DNA from: a virus
IMG/VR virus record: IMGVR_UViG_3300045988_067909
Strand: one strand, 5' to 3'
Length of the DNA stretch: 64,000 nucleotides
Shown: in pieces, positions 29,203-38,926 of the stretch
Layout: each line of letters starts with the position of its first letter
Numbering within the stretch: position 1 is the first letter of the stretch
Made by a program: the position numbers and the translations under genes
Notes under the pieces: generated by a model
The model's input: only the letters and a program-made list of their open reading frames with translations
Told to the model about the DNA's origin: nothing
Databases searched by the model: none

Positions 29203-29820
29203 ATGGACTCTAATTTTAATAAAGAAAATAAAGTCTCCTATCAAGAGCTGGCCCCTAGTTTACAGGCGATGCTTGATGGTAAGGCTAGTGTTACAGTTCT
29301 TAATAATCATATTAATGACAATGCACGACATATCACTAACGATGAACGTGCTAAATGGAATGCTACATTACAAGACGCTAATACATGGGCTAAGAACTAT
29401 GTAAATGGTCTTTTAGGTGACTTTGGTGGTCAAGGTGTAACTTTGATGGATGTAGTCAAATCTAAATTAGATAAGACTGAATTCGAAAACTTTAAACGTA
29501 CATTAGCACGTATTGCTTTTACTGGTTCGTATAATGATCTTATTGATAAACCATCTGGTATCTCTTTCTCTGATACTGCAAATAAAGCTTTGAATGCTGA
29601 TCGTGCAACTTTAGCAGATAGAGCTACTGTAGCTGACCGTGCAACTAATGCTGACTTAGCGGAAAATGCTAAACGTGTTGGTGGTATTCGTGTAACTATT
29701 GATGGTACTGCTCCAGCTAACCCTGAAAATAATAAAGAAATCTGGTTCAATACCACAAACTTGACAGTTTACTTCTACGTAAATAATCAATGGAGAATGA
29801 CTCGTTGCGCTGTTGCATAA
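29203..29820 (+). CDS. small tail-fibre-like protein
   Basis: RBS GGAGGAG. Contains HITNDERAKWNAT, the widespread fibre motif ARIAFTGSYNDLIDKPS, and a short ADRAT repeat. Confidence 0.65.
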   Translation: MDSNFNKENKVSYQELAPSLQAMLDGKASVTVLNNHINDNARHITNDERAKWNATLQDANTWAKNYVNGLLGDFGGQGVTLMDVVKSKLDKTEFENFKRTLARIAFTGSYNDLIDKPSGISFSDTANKALNADRATLADRATVADRATNADLAENAKRVGGIRVTIDGTAPANPENNKEIWFNTTNLTVYFYVNNQWRMTRCAVA

Positions 29821-31010
29821 GTCCTTTAGAGGAGACTTTCTACAATCTAACTAACGTGCAACTAATGATGTCAACAGGGTGTAATCTTAGTTGCAGGTAC
29901 TGCTATCAGGATGATAAGAAGAATAAGAATATGTCTAAAGAAGTTATGGAATCTTTTATAGACTTCTTATGTGATACAAATCCTGATGTCCCAGTTTTAA
30001 TAGATTTCTTTGGTGGTGAACCATTAGTAAACTGGCCGATAATGAAATATGGTTTAGAACTAATGGATGATTTAGGTTTAACTGAAAAGAAACTATATTT
30101 TATGGTATCCACTAATGGTACACTTATTACTGATGAGGTAGCTGAATACTTCAGAAAGTATAATGTCCATATCAATATATCTATAGATGGTACACCAGAG
30201 AAACACAATTACGAACGTAATAATTCTTACGATAAAACTATAGAGGGATTACATAAGTTATATGACCATGGTCTTTGTAGAGACATTACTGCTAGACTTA
30301 CATTCCCAAACAATTATTTTGGTAGTATAGAAGAGCATGTAAGAAGTGTATTAAACTTAGGTATCCCTGAAGTTACATTTGCAGCTATCTTAGCTGGTGG
30401 TATAACTGATGAAGAGTTAGCCACTTATGAGGAATCTATGTATAGAACTGCTATACTTATTCTTAAGTATGTAGAATATGGCTTAGCAGTTATTCCTAAG
30501 TATATGAGAAACTTCATAATGATGGAACACATAAATCAAGATTTCAAACCTAGACAACCATGTCATTTTAAAACCAATAGAGGTATTGTAGTAGATACTG
30601 ATGGGGTATTATTCGGATGCTCTATTGTCCCAAATTCAGATTTTAAAGAATATTCTTCTAAAGTGTATTCAGATACCGTAATTGGTAATGTCAAATACGG
30701 TATAGCTTATAATCGGAATATTGGGGACAAATACCCTTGTACTACGGCAAATGCTAAAAATGACTGTATCAATTGTGAAGCCAAGAGTATGTGTTTACCA
30801 TGTGCTATGGAAAATATGCTATCATCAACAAGAGACTATCATTTAGTTGCTGATGATAAATGTAAATTAATTAAGGCTAGATATAGAGTTGCATTACGTA
30901 TTCATAATTGGATACTACGAAATAAATTCGGAAGTGTTGCAATGTCTAGGCTAAAAGAAAATCATCTTCTTGGGGAAGATAAGTATAGCATAAGTTCATT
31001 AATAATATAG
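29790..31010 (+). CDS. radical SAM / SPASM-type enzyme (rSAM-1)
   Basis: CNLSCRYC (CxxxCxxC), FFGGEPL, and a C-terminal Cys-rich CINCEAKSMCLPCAMEN. The true start may be the ATG at about 29866 (MMSTGCNLS...). Confidence 0.8.
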   Translation: MENDSLRCCISPLEETFYNLTNVQLMMSTGCNLSCRYCYQDDKKNKNMSKEVMESFIDFLCDTNPDVPVLIDFFGGEPLVNWPIMKYGLELMDDLGLTEKKLYFMVSTNGTLITDEVAEYFRKYNVHINISIDGTPEKHNYERNNSYDKTIEGLHKLYDHGLCRDITARLTFPNNYFGSIEEHVRSVLNLGIPEVTFAAILAGGITDEELATYEESMYRTAILILKYVEYGLAVIPKYMRNFIMMEHINQDFKPRQPCHFKTNRGIVVDTDGVLFGCSIVPNSDFKEYSSKVYSDTVIGNVKYGIAYNRNIGDKYPCTTANAKNDCINCEAKSMCLPCAMENMLSSTRDYHLVADDKCKLIKARYRVALRIHNWILRNKFGSVAMSRLKENHLLGEDKYSISSLII

Positions 31011-31044
31011 AGTCAGTAACTTTAAGGGGAATTTTAGGAAAGAA

Positions 31045-32367
31045 ATGTTTTTAGAGTTTAAAGAAATAGGGAATGATGTAAGAGAAGTAGTATTCTATCT
31101 TACTAATGATAATAATATTGATTGTGACTATCTACCACCTAAGGGTAGACAATATATGTCTACCAGGGTGATAGATGCTATGATAGAGAAGATTACTAAG
31201 ATCTTTAAGGATTATAGACGTGTATATACTATCACATTCAAAGGTGGAGAACCTTTGATGTGTTGGGATAAGATTGTCTATATCATAGATAAACTAAAAG
31301 CTAATAATGTAATATGTAGATACAAACTATATACGAATCTGACTTTGATGACATTAGCTAAAGCTAAAGTTATTAAAGCTAATGCTATAGATGTAGTAGG
31401 TTATCTTGATGGTGAAGTAGAGCATAATAGTAAACATCGTACTGGGTATAAAGAAGCTATACGTGGACTAACTTGTTTACGTGAACTTAATATACTTAAG
31501 ACACATGTAACTATCCATATGACATTAATGGAAGATACTATTAAATACTTTGAAGATAACTTTGATTTCATTAGTAAGCTTGGAGTAAAGAGTATCTTAT
31601 TTGAACCAGCAGAATCTATAGATATAACTGGTAAATTTAAGACCTCTCTAAAGAAAGCTACTAAGTATGCTTATGAGCAATACTTCAAGTTTACTAAGAA
31701 TAGATTTGATGCATTATATCTTATATCATATTTAGATTATATAGTTCCAGATTATAAAGATACATCTGCTGATAGTAACTTCTTTACATCTGGACAACTA
31801 TATGTATCGCCATATGGTAAGTTATATGCTAATAGATTGGCATTGGTTAATGGTATTAGGCATATTGGTAATGTATACAGTAACCAATTAGTATTTCCTG
31901 ATACTATTGATATCCATAGCCACCCAAAATGTCGTGGATGTGTAGCTAAGAATGTATGTCAATCCTGTAGTGACATTGCTACATTCGATTCTAAATATCC
32001 GCATCAAAATATATGTCAACTAAATAGAGCTATTGCTGAAGTCGCAAGAGAGTTTATGGAAGACTGGAAATATAATACTTCTGGAATCTACAATAAGAAG
32101 ATTAAAAAGAATATTGTAGAGTCTACTAGTATTATGAATAGTCTTTATAATAAGCTTAAAAGAACCTATACTATTACTGACGGAAATAGGCCAACCGTTA
32201 AGTCTTTTATGACAGCATATGGTAGAGATTATATTTGTGAGCGCAAAGAGCCTCCTGAAAAGTTGAGAAAACTATATGAAAGATTTAGAATGATTCTCGG
32301 AGGAAACAATGGAAAACTTTACAACAGTGTACAGCAAACCACAAGCTGTAACAATGCTACTGACTAA
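31045..32367 (+). CDS. radical-SAM-like paralog with degenerate cluster motif (rSAM-2, probably catalytically altered)
   Basis: FKGGEPLM and the C-terminal CRGCVAKNVCQSC are kept, but the CxxxCxxC position reads NNIDCDYL, so only one of the three Cys remains (compare TNDCNLACSYC in rSAM-3). Confidence 0.6.
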   Translation: MFLEFKEIGNDVREVVFYLTNDNNIDCDYLPPKGRQYMSTRVIDAMIEKITKIFKDYRRVYTITFKGGEPLMCWDKIVYIIDKLKANNVICRYKLYTNLTLMTLAKAKVIKANAIDVVGYLDGEVEHNSKHRTGYKEAIRGLTCLRELNILKTHVTIHMTLMEDTIKYFEDNFDFISKLGVKSILFEPAESIDITGKFKTSLKKATKYAYEQYFKFTKNRFDALYLISYLDYIVPDYKDTSADSNFFTSGQLYVSPYGKLYANRLALVNGIRHIGNVYSNQLVFPDTIDIHSHPKCRGCVAKNVCQSCSDIATFDSKYPHQNICQLNRAIAEVAREFMEDWKYNTSGIYNKKIKKNIVESTSIMNSLYNKLKRTYTITDGNRPTVKSFMTAYGRDYICERKEPPEKLRKLYERFRMILGGNNGKLYNSVQQTTSCNNATD

Positions 32368-33661
32368 TGATTGTAACTTAGCATGTAGCTACTGCTTTGA
32401 ATCTAATAAGGGTAAAGACTATATGCCAAAAGAAATGGCATTAGATATTCTTAAGGCTACATACAACCAAGTAGACCCAATGGCTGGTATATTCACTTTA
32501 AACATGTTTGGTGGAGAACCATTAATGAATTGGGAGACTTTTAAAGCTGTATGTGATTATGTCTTAGAGAATAACCTTAAGATTCGTATTACTGCAACAA
32601 CTAACCTGACTTTACTTACTGATGAAATGATTGATTATATCGATGAGCTATCTATTCCTGTATTAGTATCTGTAGATGGTATCAAAGAAGTTCATGATAA
32701 GCATAGATGTAATAGTTTCGATAAAGTTATTGAGAATATGAAAAAGCTTATTGATAGAGACTTAGGATATCTTATTGAAGCACGTATGACAGTTGCTCCA
32801 GATACAGCTAAATATATGTATGAATCAGTTAAGATGCTAGTTGACTTAGGTATTAATAATATTGCTAATGTACCAGCATCTGACTTAGAATGGGATGCTC
32901 AATCTATTCAAGATTACAAAGATAATTACGAGAAGATTCTTGATATGTATATCGATATACTGAACGATGAATCTAATAAACGTAATATCTCTCTATATAA
33001 AGTAGACCAAGCATTAAATCTAGCATTAGAGCCTATTAAAGAAGATACTTCTATGTGTAATATTGGCAACCCTAGATGGGTTATTGTAGACTGGAAAGGT
33101 GATATTTGGCCTTGTCCTGATTATCCGACTACAGATAATGTAGATTTGATTGCTGGTAAGATTGGCAACTTCTATACTGGTGTAGATGAAACTAAAGTTG
33201 ACCCTAAGCCTATGGTTGCTACATATGAACTAGAACGTTGTAAGGGATGTGAAGCTATCTCTATTTGTAAGTCTGGTTGTCCTTATGAGAACTATACTAA
33301 GAATGGTAAGTTTAATGAACCAACCATTGGTTACTGCACTTTACAGAAAGCTTTTGTAGAAATCATTAAAGCTTATCAAGATAAGTTACTTGAAGCAACT
33401 AATATCCGTTCTAGACAGCTAAATGTCTTAATTGAAAATCTTAAAGTCAAGAAGTACTATGATGAGAAAGTTAAGACTATTAGTATTACTGATAGAGAAT
33501 TTGGCGTAAGATTAAATCATTTCGTTGAGAAGTATGAGAATCTAAATAATAAAGGTAATGTATTACCTAGTTTTGATACATATTTTAAACATGAGCTAAT
33601 GACTGTGAATGCTATTATTGCAGCATTGGTTGGTAAAAAAGTTGAGTTTGTGGAGGATTAA
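32309..33661 (+). CDS. radical SAM / SPASM-type enzyme (rSAM-3)
   Basis: GGAGG sits 6 nt upstream of the ATG. CNLACSYC, MFGGEPLMN, C-terminal CKGCEAISICKSGCPYEN. Overlaps the upstream gene by 59 nt. Confidence 0.8.
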   Translation: MENFTTVYSKPQAVTMLLTNDCNLACSYCFESNKGKDYMPKEMALDILKATYNQVDPMAGIFTLNMFGGEPLMNWETFKAVCDYVLENNLKIRITATTNLTLLTDEMIDYIDELSIPVLVSVDGIKEVHDKHRCNSFDKVIENMKKLIDRDLGYLIEARMTVAPDTAKYMYESVKMLVDLGINNIANVPASDLEWDAQSIQDYKDNYEKILDMYIDILNDESNKRNISLYKVDQALNLALEPIKEDTSMCNIGNPRWVIVDWKGDIWPCPDYPTTDNVDLIAGKIGNFYTGVDETKVDPKPMVATYELERCKGCEAISICKSGCPYENYTKNGKFNEPTIGYCTLQKAFVEIIKAYQDKLLEATNIRSRQLNVLIENLKVKKYYDEKVKTISITDREFGVRLNHFVEKYENLNNKGNVLPSFDTYFKHELMTVNAIIAALVGKKVEFVED

Positions 33662-33667
33662 TTTTAC

Positions 33668-35386
33668 ATGCCAACACAAGTAAAAAGAGGGAATACTGTT
33701 GAATACAGTATTCCCGATAAAATAGACAGAACCAAAGATAATATAGTAGCTAAAGCACCATTAGTTGCTATAGCTAGTGCAATAGCTGTCAATCTTAAAG
33801 AAGCTAAAGCATTAGAACGTGTACGATCTGGTTTTGGTTCTCCGGAGAATCGTATACGACGTGTAGTTGATGCTGGTGATGAAGTACAACGATTTAGTGA
33901 TAGTATCGTTATAGATGAATCACTTAAAGCATCTAGTATGAATATGCTATTAGGTATGGCATCTGAATTGATAAACAGTACAGTTGGTATTAGTGAATCA
34001 ATGGAGGGATATACTGTAGTTAAATATACCACACCTGGTAGATTTACTTGGAATGCTCCTAGGGGGACTAAGACAGTATTACTAGGTTTATGTGGTGGTG
34101 GTGGATCCATGGGTGCTAGTGGTGAATCTACGAGTTTCAATGAAGCCATTGTTAATGGTGGTAATAATATCTTTATTGATAACTTGCTAGCTGGTGTAAC
34201 TGGTTATCAAGTATCTTTATTTGAAAGCAGATTTGGTTACTATGGTAGACCAGAATCTTCTACTGATTGGTATACTAATCGTTCTGGTATGCACTGGGGT
34301 AGACAGAACTCGGGATTACCTGGTGATTTTATGACTACAGTTTTAAACGTTAAAAGTGGTTCTGCTCAATCTATTGTAGTCGGTGGTCCTGGTGCACCAA
34401 GATGGTATGGTGATGCTAATAGAAAATCTACTCAAGGGTTTGTATACTTAGCATATAAAACAGATGGTGATGATGAACCATATGGTTTAGATAAAGTATA
34501 TACTGTACCTGGCGACTATGAATATACAGTACCAGCAGGTGTACGTAAAATATCTGTAGTCTTAATTGGTGGTGGTGCATTTACTATTAGTGGTACTGTC
34601 GAAAATAAAGTTGAAATCTATGAATATATGGGTCGCTATATCAAACAAGGTGATTTTAGAAATTTCCCAGCTCAAAGCTATAAGCATCTAGATAGAGTTC
34701 TTGATGAATTAAACTATACTGGACCATTTACTAGATATGATAATCCACGTCAAGGTAGTTGGAAACAAACTAGATATAGGGCTCCACATAATTACCAAGT
34801 AGTAGGCTATATTCCATCACACTTACCTGGTGCTAATGGTGAACAATCTAAGTTTGGTGATATCGTAGCTAATGGTGGCGACCGAGATAATATCTCTTAC
34901 ACCACAGATACTGGTTGGAATCTTAATTTTGATGCACAAACAGGACCAACAGGGCGTGGTATGTTTAAAGATAGCATTAACCAAAAAGTTGGCGGTCCAG
35001 GTGAATATAAACGTGTAGTATTAGATGTATATCCTGGGCAAAAGTTTAATGTACATGTAGGACGTGGTGCAAAATACGAATCTGATGGTTCTTTTAAAGC
35101 TAGTGATGGTGCTGTTGGTATAATGAACGGTGATTATCGTGAAACGTCTAGTGGTTTATTTAGAGCTATGGCTCCGGGAGACTTGTATACTGGTGCGACA
35201 TTGAATCTTATGATTAGTAACTTACATGTTTTAAATAAAGCATTCAATGATTTAGAAAATAAGTATTGGGAAAATGACTTATGTAAGACATCTTGTCAAG
35301 TATCTTGCCAGGCTTCTTGTCAAATCGCATGTCAAAACTGTCAATATGATACTTGCCACAATCAAAATTGTGGGGGGTGGTCGTAA
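33668..35386 (+). CDS. large Gly-rich-module protein with C-terminal Cx3C 'CQ-ladder' (candidate rSAM substrate / fibre-like structural protein)
   Basis: Three modules of the type YTTPGRFTWNAPRGTKTVLLGLCGGGGS / YTVPGDYEYTVPAGVRKISVVLIGGGA / GPGEYKRVVLDVYPGQKF. C-terminal tail: LCKTSCQVSCQASCQIACQNCQYDTCHNQNCGGWS. Confidence 0.65.
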   Translation: MPTQVKRGNTVEYSIPDKIDRTKDNIVAKAPLVAIASAIAVNLKEAKALERVRSGFGSPENRIRRVVDAGDEVQRFSDSIVIDESLKASSMNMLLGMASELINSTVGISESMEGYTVVKYTTPGRFTWNAPRGTKTVLLGLCGGGGSMGASGESTSFNEAIVNGGNNIFIDNLLAGVTGYQVSLFESRFGYYGRPESSTDWYTNRSGMHWGRQNSGLPGDFMTTVLNVKSGSAQSIVVGGPGAPRWYGDANRKSTQGFVYLAYKTDGDDEPYGLDKVYTVPGDYEYTVPAGVRKISVVLIGGGAFTISGTVENKVEIYEYMGRYIKQGDFRNFPAQSYKHLDRVLDELNYTGPFTRYDNPRQGSWKQTRYRAPHNYQVVGYIPSHLPGANGEQSKFGDIVANGGDRDNISYTTDTGWNLNFDAQTGPTGRGMFKDSINQKVGGPGEYKRVVLDVYPGQKFNVHVGRGAKYESDGSFKASDGAVGIMNGDYRETSSGLFRAMAPGDLYTGATLNLMISNLHVLNKAFNDLENKYWENDLCKTSCQVSCQASCQIACQNCQYDTCHNQNCGGWS

Positions 35387-36561
35387 TGAAGATATTTATG
35401 ACAGATGAATTATATGACTATATTAAGACTCGACCAGATTTTAATGAATTCCAAACAGCTTATGATAAACTTACTTATGGTGAAACTATAAGAGAAGAGC
35501 TAGAAGCACAGTATAATTCTATGACTTCAGGAGAATTAGCTGAGTATCTTAATAAAGTCAAATCTGAAGTAGCAGATAGACCAGATTTAGTTAGATATAT
35601 AAACTATACATCTGATATATCAGTACAGACTCTAATGACTATAGTTAATGATACTAGTCTACCTAAAAAAGATAAGATGTATGCATTACTAAGATTATTC
35701 ACTTATAGTTATGCTGATGGTATCCATTTTGAATATGTAGTTGATTTTGTCACTATGTATAATGCTATGAGTGCTGAAGAGTTGGCTACATTACCTAGCT
35801 ATATTCATGTAAACTATATTGAATTGAATGGCTATTATTTGTATAAGACTATGCAAGATAACCATGAGACTTTCGATACAACTGCTTATGATAAACTAGT
35901 AGAGCATTATAAAACAGTCAAAGAGAAAGTTAAACCATATTATAGTGATGCTGATGTAATAGATAATATATGGCTTGAAGTCCAAGCTTACTTTATTAGA
36001 CTATTACATAATGACTTAACTAATACTGCTATAGATATCATCTTAGAACGTATTAATCTAGACCATGAAAAGCTAACCAATAAATACAAATATGTATCTT
36101 TAGGTGTCATGTGGCTATATGAAATGTATATGGAAACTAGTTTTAATGCTAGTAACTATCATGGGTTTATCTTATGGGCATTTAAACTATTTAGATATAT
36201 AGATAGTGCATTAGCTGATCATGATAACCTATTTGATGGTTTAAGATTCTATGATAAAGTTAATATTATAGCATTTGCTATTATAGTTAGACGTCTTCTT
36301 AATATTAAAGAAGTCTTCATTTCAATAGTTCAATTACGTTTATTTAACTTAGACTTTACTGATGAATTATTCTTAGCTGGTGAGGGTGTAACTAATGTAA
36401 ATCTTACATCTAAGCCATCTAGAGATGCTATGTTGTCTTTTAAGAATTACGTAGACGTATGGTTTAATAATAATAAGCCTAAGCTAATTCAGCTTAGAGA
36501 TGATTCGGCAACTATGGAAGACTTCCGTGCTATTATTCGTGATTACTTACATTCAGTCTAG
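35386..36561 (+). CDS. hypothetical helical protein
   Basis: I prefer the ATG at 35386 (MKIFMTDELYDYI), with GGGGGGTGG upstream and a TAATG overlap with the upstream stop, over the track's 35353 start. Confidence 0.5.
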   Translation: MKIFMTDELYDYIKTRPDFNEFQTAYDKLTYGETIREELEAQYNSMTSGELAEYLNKVKSEVADRPDLVRYINYTSDISVQTLMTIVNDTSLPKKDKMYALLRLFTYSYADGIHFEYVVDFVTMYNAMSAEELATLPSYIHVNYIELNGYYLYKTMQDNHETFDTTAYDKLVEHYKTVKEKVKPYYSDADVIDNIWLEVQAYFIRLLHNDLTNTAIDIILERINLDHEKLTNKYKYVSLGVMWLYEMYMETSFNASNYHGFILWAFKLFRYIDSALADHDNLFDGLRFYDKVNIIAFAIIVRRLLNIKEVFISIVQLRLFNLDFTDELFLAGEGVTNVNLTSKPSRDAMLSFKNYVDVWFNNNKPKLIQLRDDSATMEDFRAIIRDYLHSV

Positions 36562-36577
36562 GAGGTGATAGTTAATT

Positions 36578-37780
36578 ATGGCAGATATAGAATTTAATAT
36601 GAATAACCGCTATAGATGGACTATCCCTGATATTCCATATGTAGTTAAGAAAGATAATAAAACAACAACTGAGATACCTAATAATGTAGATATAGCTTTT
36701 GATAGACACTTTGTGGATACTACAGTACGTGGATTAGTAGAATCCTATCAAACTTGTGTAGCTATATATGCTGAAATGAAACAGTTGTCATATAATCCAA
36801 CTGTAGATGCTAAGGGTAGAAACTATTGGGAATCTAGTACACCAAAGTATCAACAAAACCAAGAAGCTAATATAGATACAGATCACTCTAATAAGATGAA
36901 CTTTAACAATCCATCTTCTGGAGATCATTTACATCCATCTCGTATTGTAGATCTAAATCAACTATTATCTTCTAGTACACAGGTAGAGAGTAATACATTA
37001 GAGAATATATTAGACTTCTATGGTGTATATCATCCAAGTATTGGTGGTGGGTCTACTAATATAACTGAACGTATCGTTTTAAGTAATGATAATGCAGAGC
37101 CACCTAAGATGGAACTTGTAGATGCATTTAGAGATGCTAATGGTAATACTAAGTTCCCAGCTAGAACTGATGGTCAAAGTTATAATCAACCAATTAAACT
37201 AGAATGGTTTGCTAGACTTAGAGAGAATCTAATTAATACATCTAACTTCTTCATTAAGAATAATGGTAAGTTTTATGATGTAAATGGATATTGTGTTGTA
37301 GGATGTCAAGTAAACTGTCAGTCCACATGTCAATTGACTTGTCAACATAGACAATTGGGTGATGATTTCTTAAATAAAACATTCTTAGAGTGGAATGAAG
37401 ATCTACAAACTATATACAAACTAGGTTGGCAAACATATGACCACCCAGACCATGACCATAATGTATACATATTCTTCTATGACCCATGGGGTAGACGTTG
37501 GATGTATCGTAATACTAGATACTATGGAGATGGTTATTATCTATTACCAGATCAAAATGATATATACTCTATACGTCCTACACATCATGCGGATGATAAC
37601 ATGAATCTAGAGTGGTATCCTGGTGCGCCATATGATAACCCTAAACAATATCATTGGGAGATGGTACGTAATATACATACAGGTAAAAATGACTTGGTTA
37701 ATAAACTAGACCCACATTGGAATGATGCTGGTAATTACTATGTATCAGATGGTTATTGCCATAGCTGTGATAATAGATAG
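36578..37780 (+). CDS. Cys-ladder protein B1 (GCQVNCQSTCQLTCQHRQLGDDF; C-terminal CHSCDNR)
   Basis: RBS TAGGAGGTGATAG. Tandem paralog of 37797..38921; the first ~65 aa and the central FPARTDGQSYNQPIKLEWFARLRENLINTSNFFIKNNGKFYD are near-identical in both. Confidence 0.7.
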   Translation: MADIEFNMNNRYRWTIPDIPYVVKKDNKTTTEIPNNVDIAFDRHFVDTTVRGLVESYQTCVAIYAEMKQLSYNPTVDAKGRNYWESSTPKYQQNQEANIDTDHSNKMNFNNPSSGDHLHPSRIVDLNQLLSSSTQVESNTLENILDFYGVYHPSIGGGSTNITERIVLSNDNAEPPKMELVDAFRDANGNTKFPARTDGQSYNQPIKLEWFARLRENLINTSNFFIKNNGKFYDVNGYCVVGCQVNCQSTCQLTCQHRQLGDDFLNKTFLEWNEDLQTIYKLGWQTYDHPDHDHNVYIFFYDPWGRRWMYRNTRYYGDGYYLLPDQNDIYSIRPTHHADDNMNLEWYPGAPYDNPKQYHWEMVRNIHTGKNDLVNKLDPHWNDAGNYYVSDGYCHSCDNR

Positions 37781-37796
37781 GAGGTGATAGTTAATT

Positions 37797-38921
37797 ATGG
37801 CAGATATAGAATTTAATATGAACGATCGCTATAAATGGACTATCCCTGATATCCCATATATAGTGAAGAAAGATAACAAAATCACTACAGAAATCCCAGC
37901 TGATGTAGATATAGCTTTTGATAGACACTTTGTGGATACTACTGTACGTGGATTAGTAGAATCCTATCAAACTTGCGTAGCTATATATGCTGAGATGAGT
38001 CAGCTGGTATATAATCCACAAACCAACCGTCAAGGTAATAACTACTGGGATGGCAATAATAGATTTAGACAAAACCAAGAGAATAATGTAGACTTAGACC
38101 ATGCTAATAAGATGAACTTTACTAATCCACATAAAGAACCACATAGTTCAGGTACACGTATAGCAAATCTAAATTCTATACTCAATGATCCAGATGGTGT
38201 TAGAGAAGATAATCTAGAATCTATACTAGATTATTATAGAACCTATAATTCTGATACTAATGGTGGTATATCTGTAGACTTGTCTATGAATATATTAAAT
38301 AATGGATTAAAAGCAGAAGCACCAGCATATATACAAGTAGATGCATTTAGAGATGCTAATAGCAATACTAAATTCCCTGCTAGAACTGATGGTCAAAGCT
38401 ATAATCAACCTATAAAATTGGAATGGTTTGCTAGACTACGTGAGAATCTCATTAATACATCTAACTTCTTCATTAAGAATAATGGTAAGTTTTATGATAA
38501 TGGTGGTTTCTGTGTTATAGGTTGTCAGGTTAACTGTCAATCTACATGTCAATTGACCTGCCAGCATAGACAGCTAGGTGACGATTTCTTAAATTATACT
38601 AAGCTTGAACGTTATGAGCATGCTGAGATTATTAAGAAATTAGGTTGGCCAGACTTCCGTGGACGTAATGGTAATGAGTCATTAAACTATTATGACCCCT
38701 GGGGACGTATATGGCGTTGGTATGTATTTGCTAAACAAGGTTATGGTGCATACTATTTAGGTCATGAACCGCATGACAATTATTGGTATTTTGAAAATAA
38801 TATCGGTTGGTATCCTGGTGCTCCGTTTGATAGACCTGCTGGTGTAAACCCAGATGGTAGCATACCAACACCAAAACGTGATCCTGATTATGATCCTTGT
38901 GCTGGTTGTGAAAATAGATAG
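37797..38921 (+). CDS. Cys-ladder protein B2 (GCQVNCQSTCQLTCQHRQLGDDF; C-terminal CAGCENR)
   Basis: The ~45 nt around the start (taggaggtgatagttaattatggcagatatagaatttaatatgaa) are identical to B1; the C-terminal third diverges. Confidence 0.7.
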   Translation: MADIEFNMNDRYKWTIPDIPYIVKKDNKITTEIPADVDIAFDRHFVDTTVRGLVESYQTCVAIYAEMSQLVYNPQTNRQGNNYWDGNNRFRQNQENNVDLDHANKMNFTNPHKEPHSSGTRIANLNSILNDPDGVREDNLESILDYYRTYNSDTNGGISVDLSMNILNNGLKAEAPAYIQVDAFRDANSNTKFPARTDGQSYNQPIKLEWFARLRENLINTSNFFIKNNGKFYDNGGFCVIGCQVNCQSTCQLTCQHRQLGDDFLNYTKLERYEHAEIIKKLGWPDFRGRNGNESLNYYDPWGRIWRWYVFAKQGYGAYYLGHEPHDNYWYFENNIGWYPGAPFDRPAGVNPDGSIPTPKRDPDYDPCAGCENR

Positions 38922-38926
38922 AATAT

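Noticed and set aside
33664-34149. 161-aa minus-strand ORF
   Set aside because: Entirely antisense within the 572-aa Gly-rich gene 33668..35386; no RBS.
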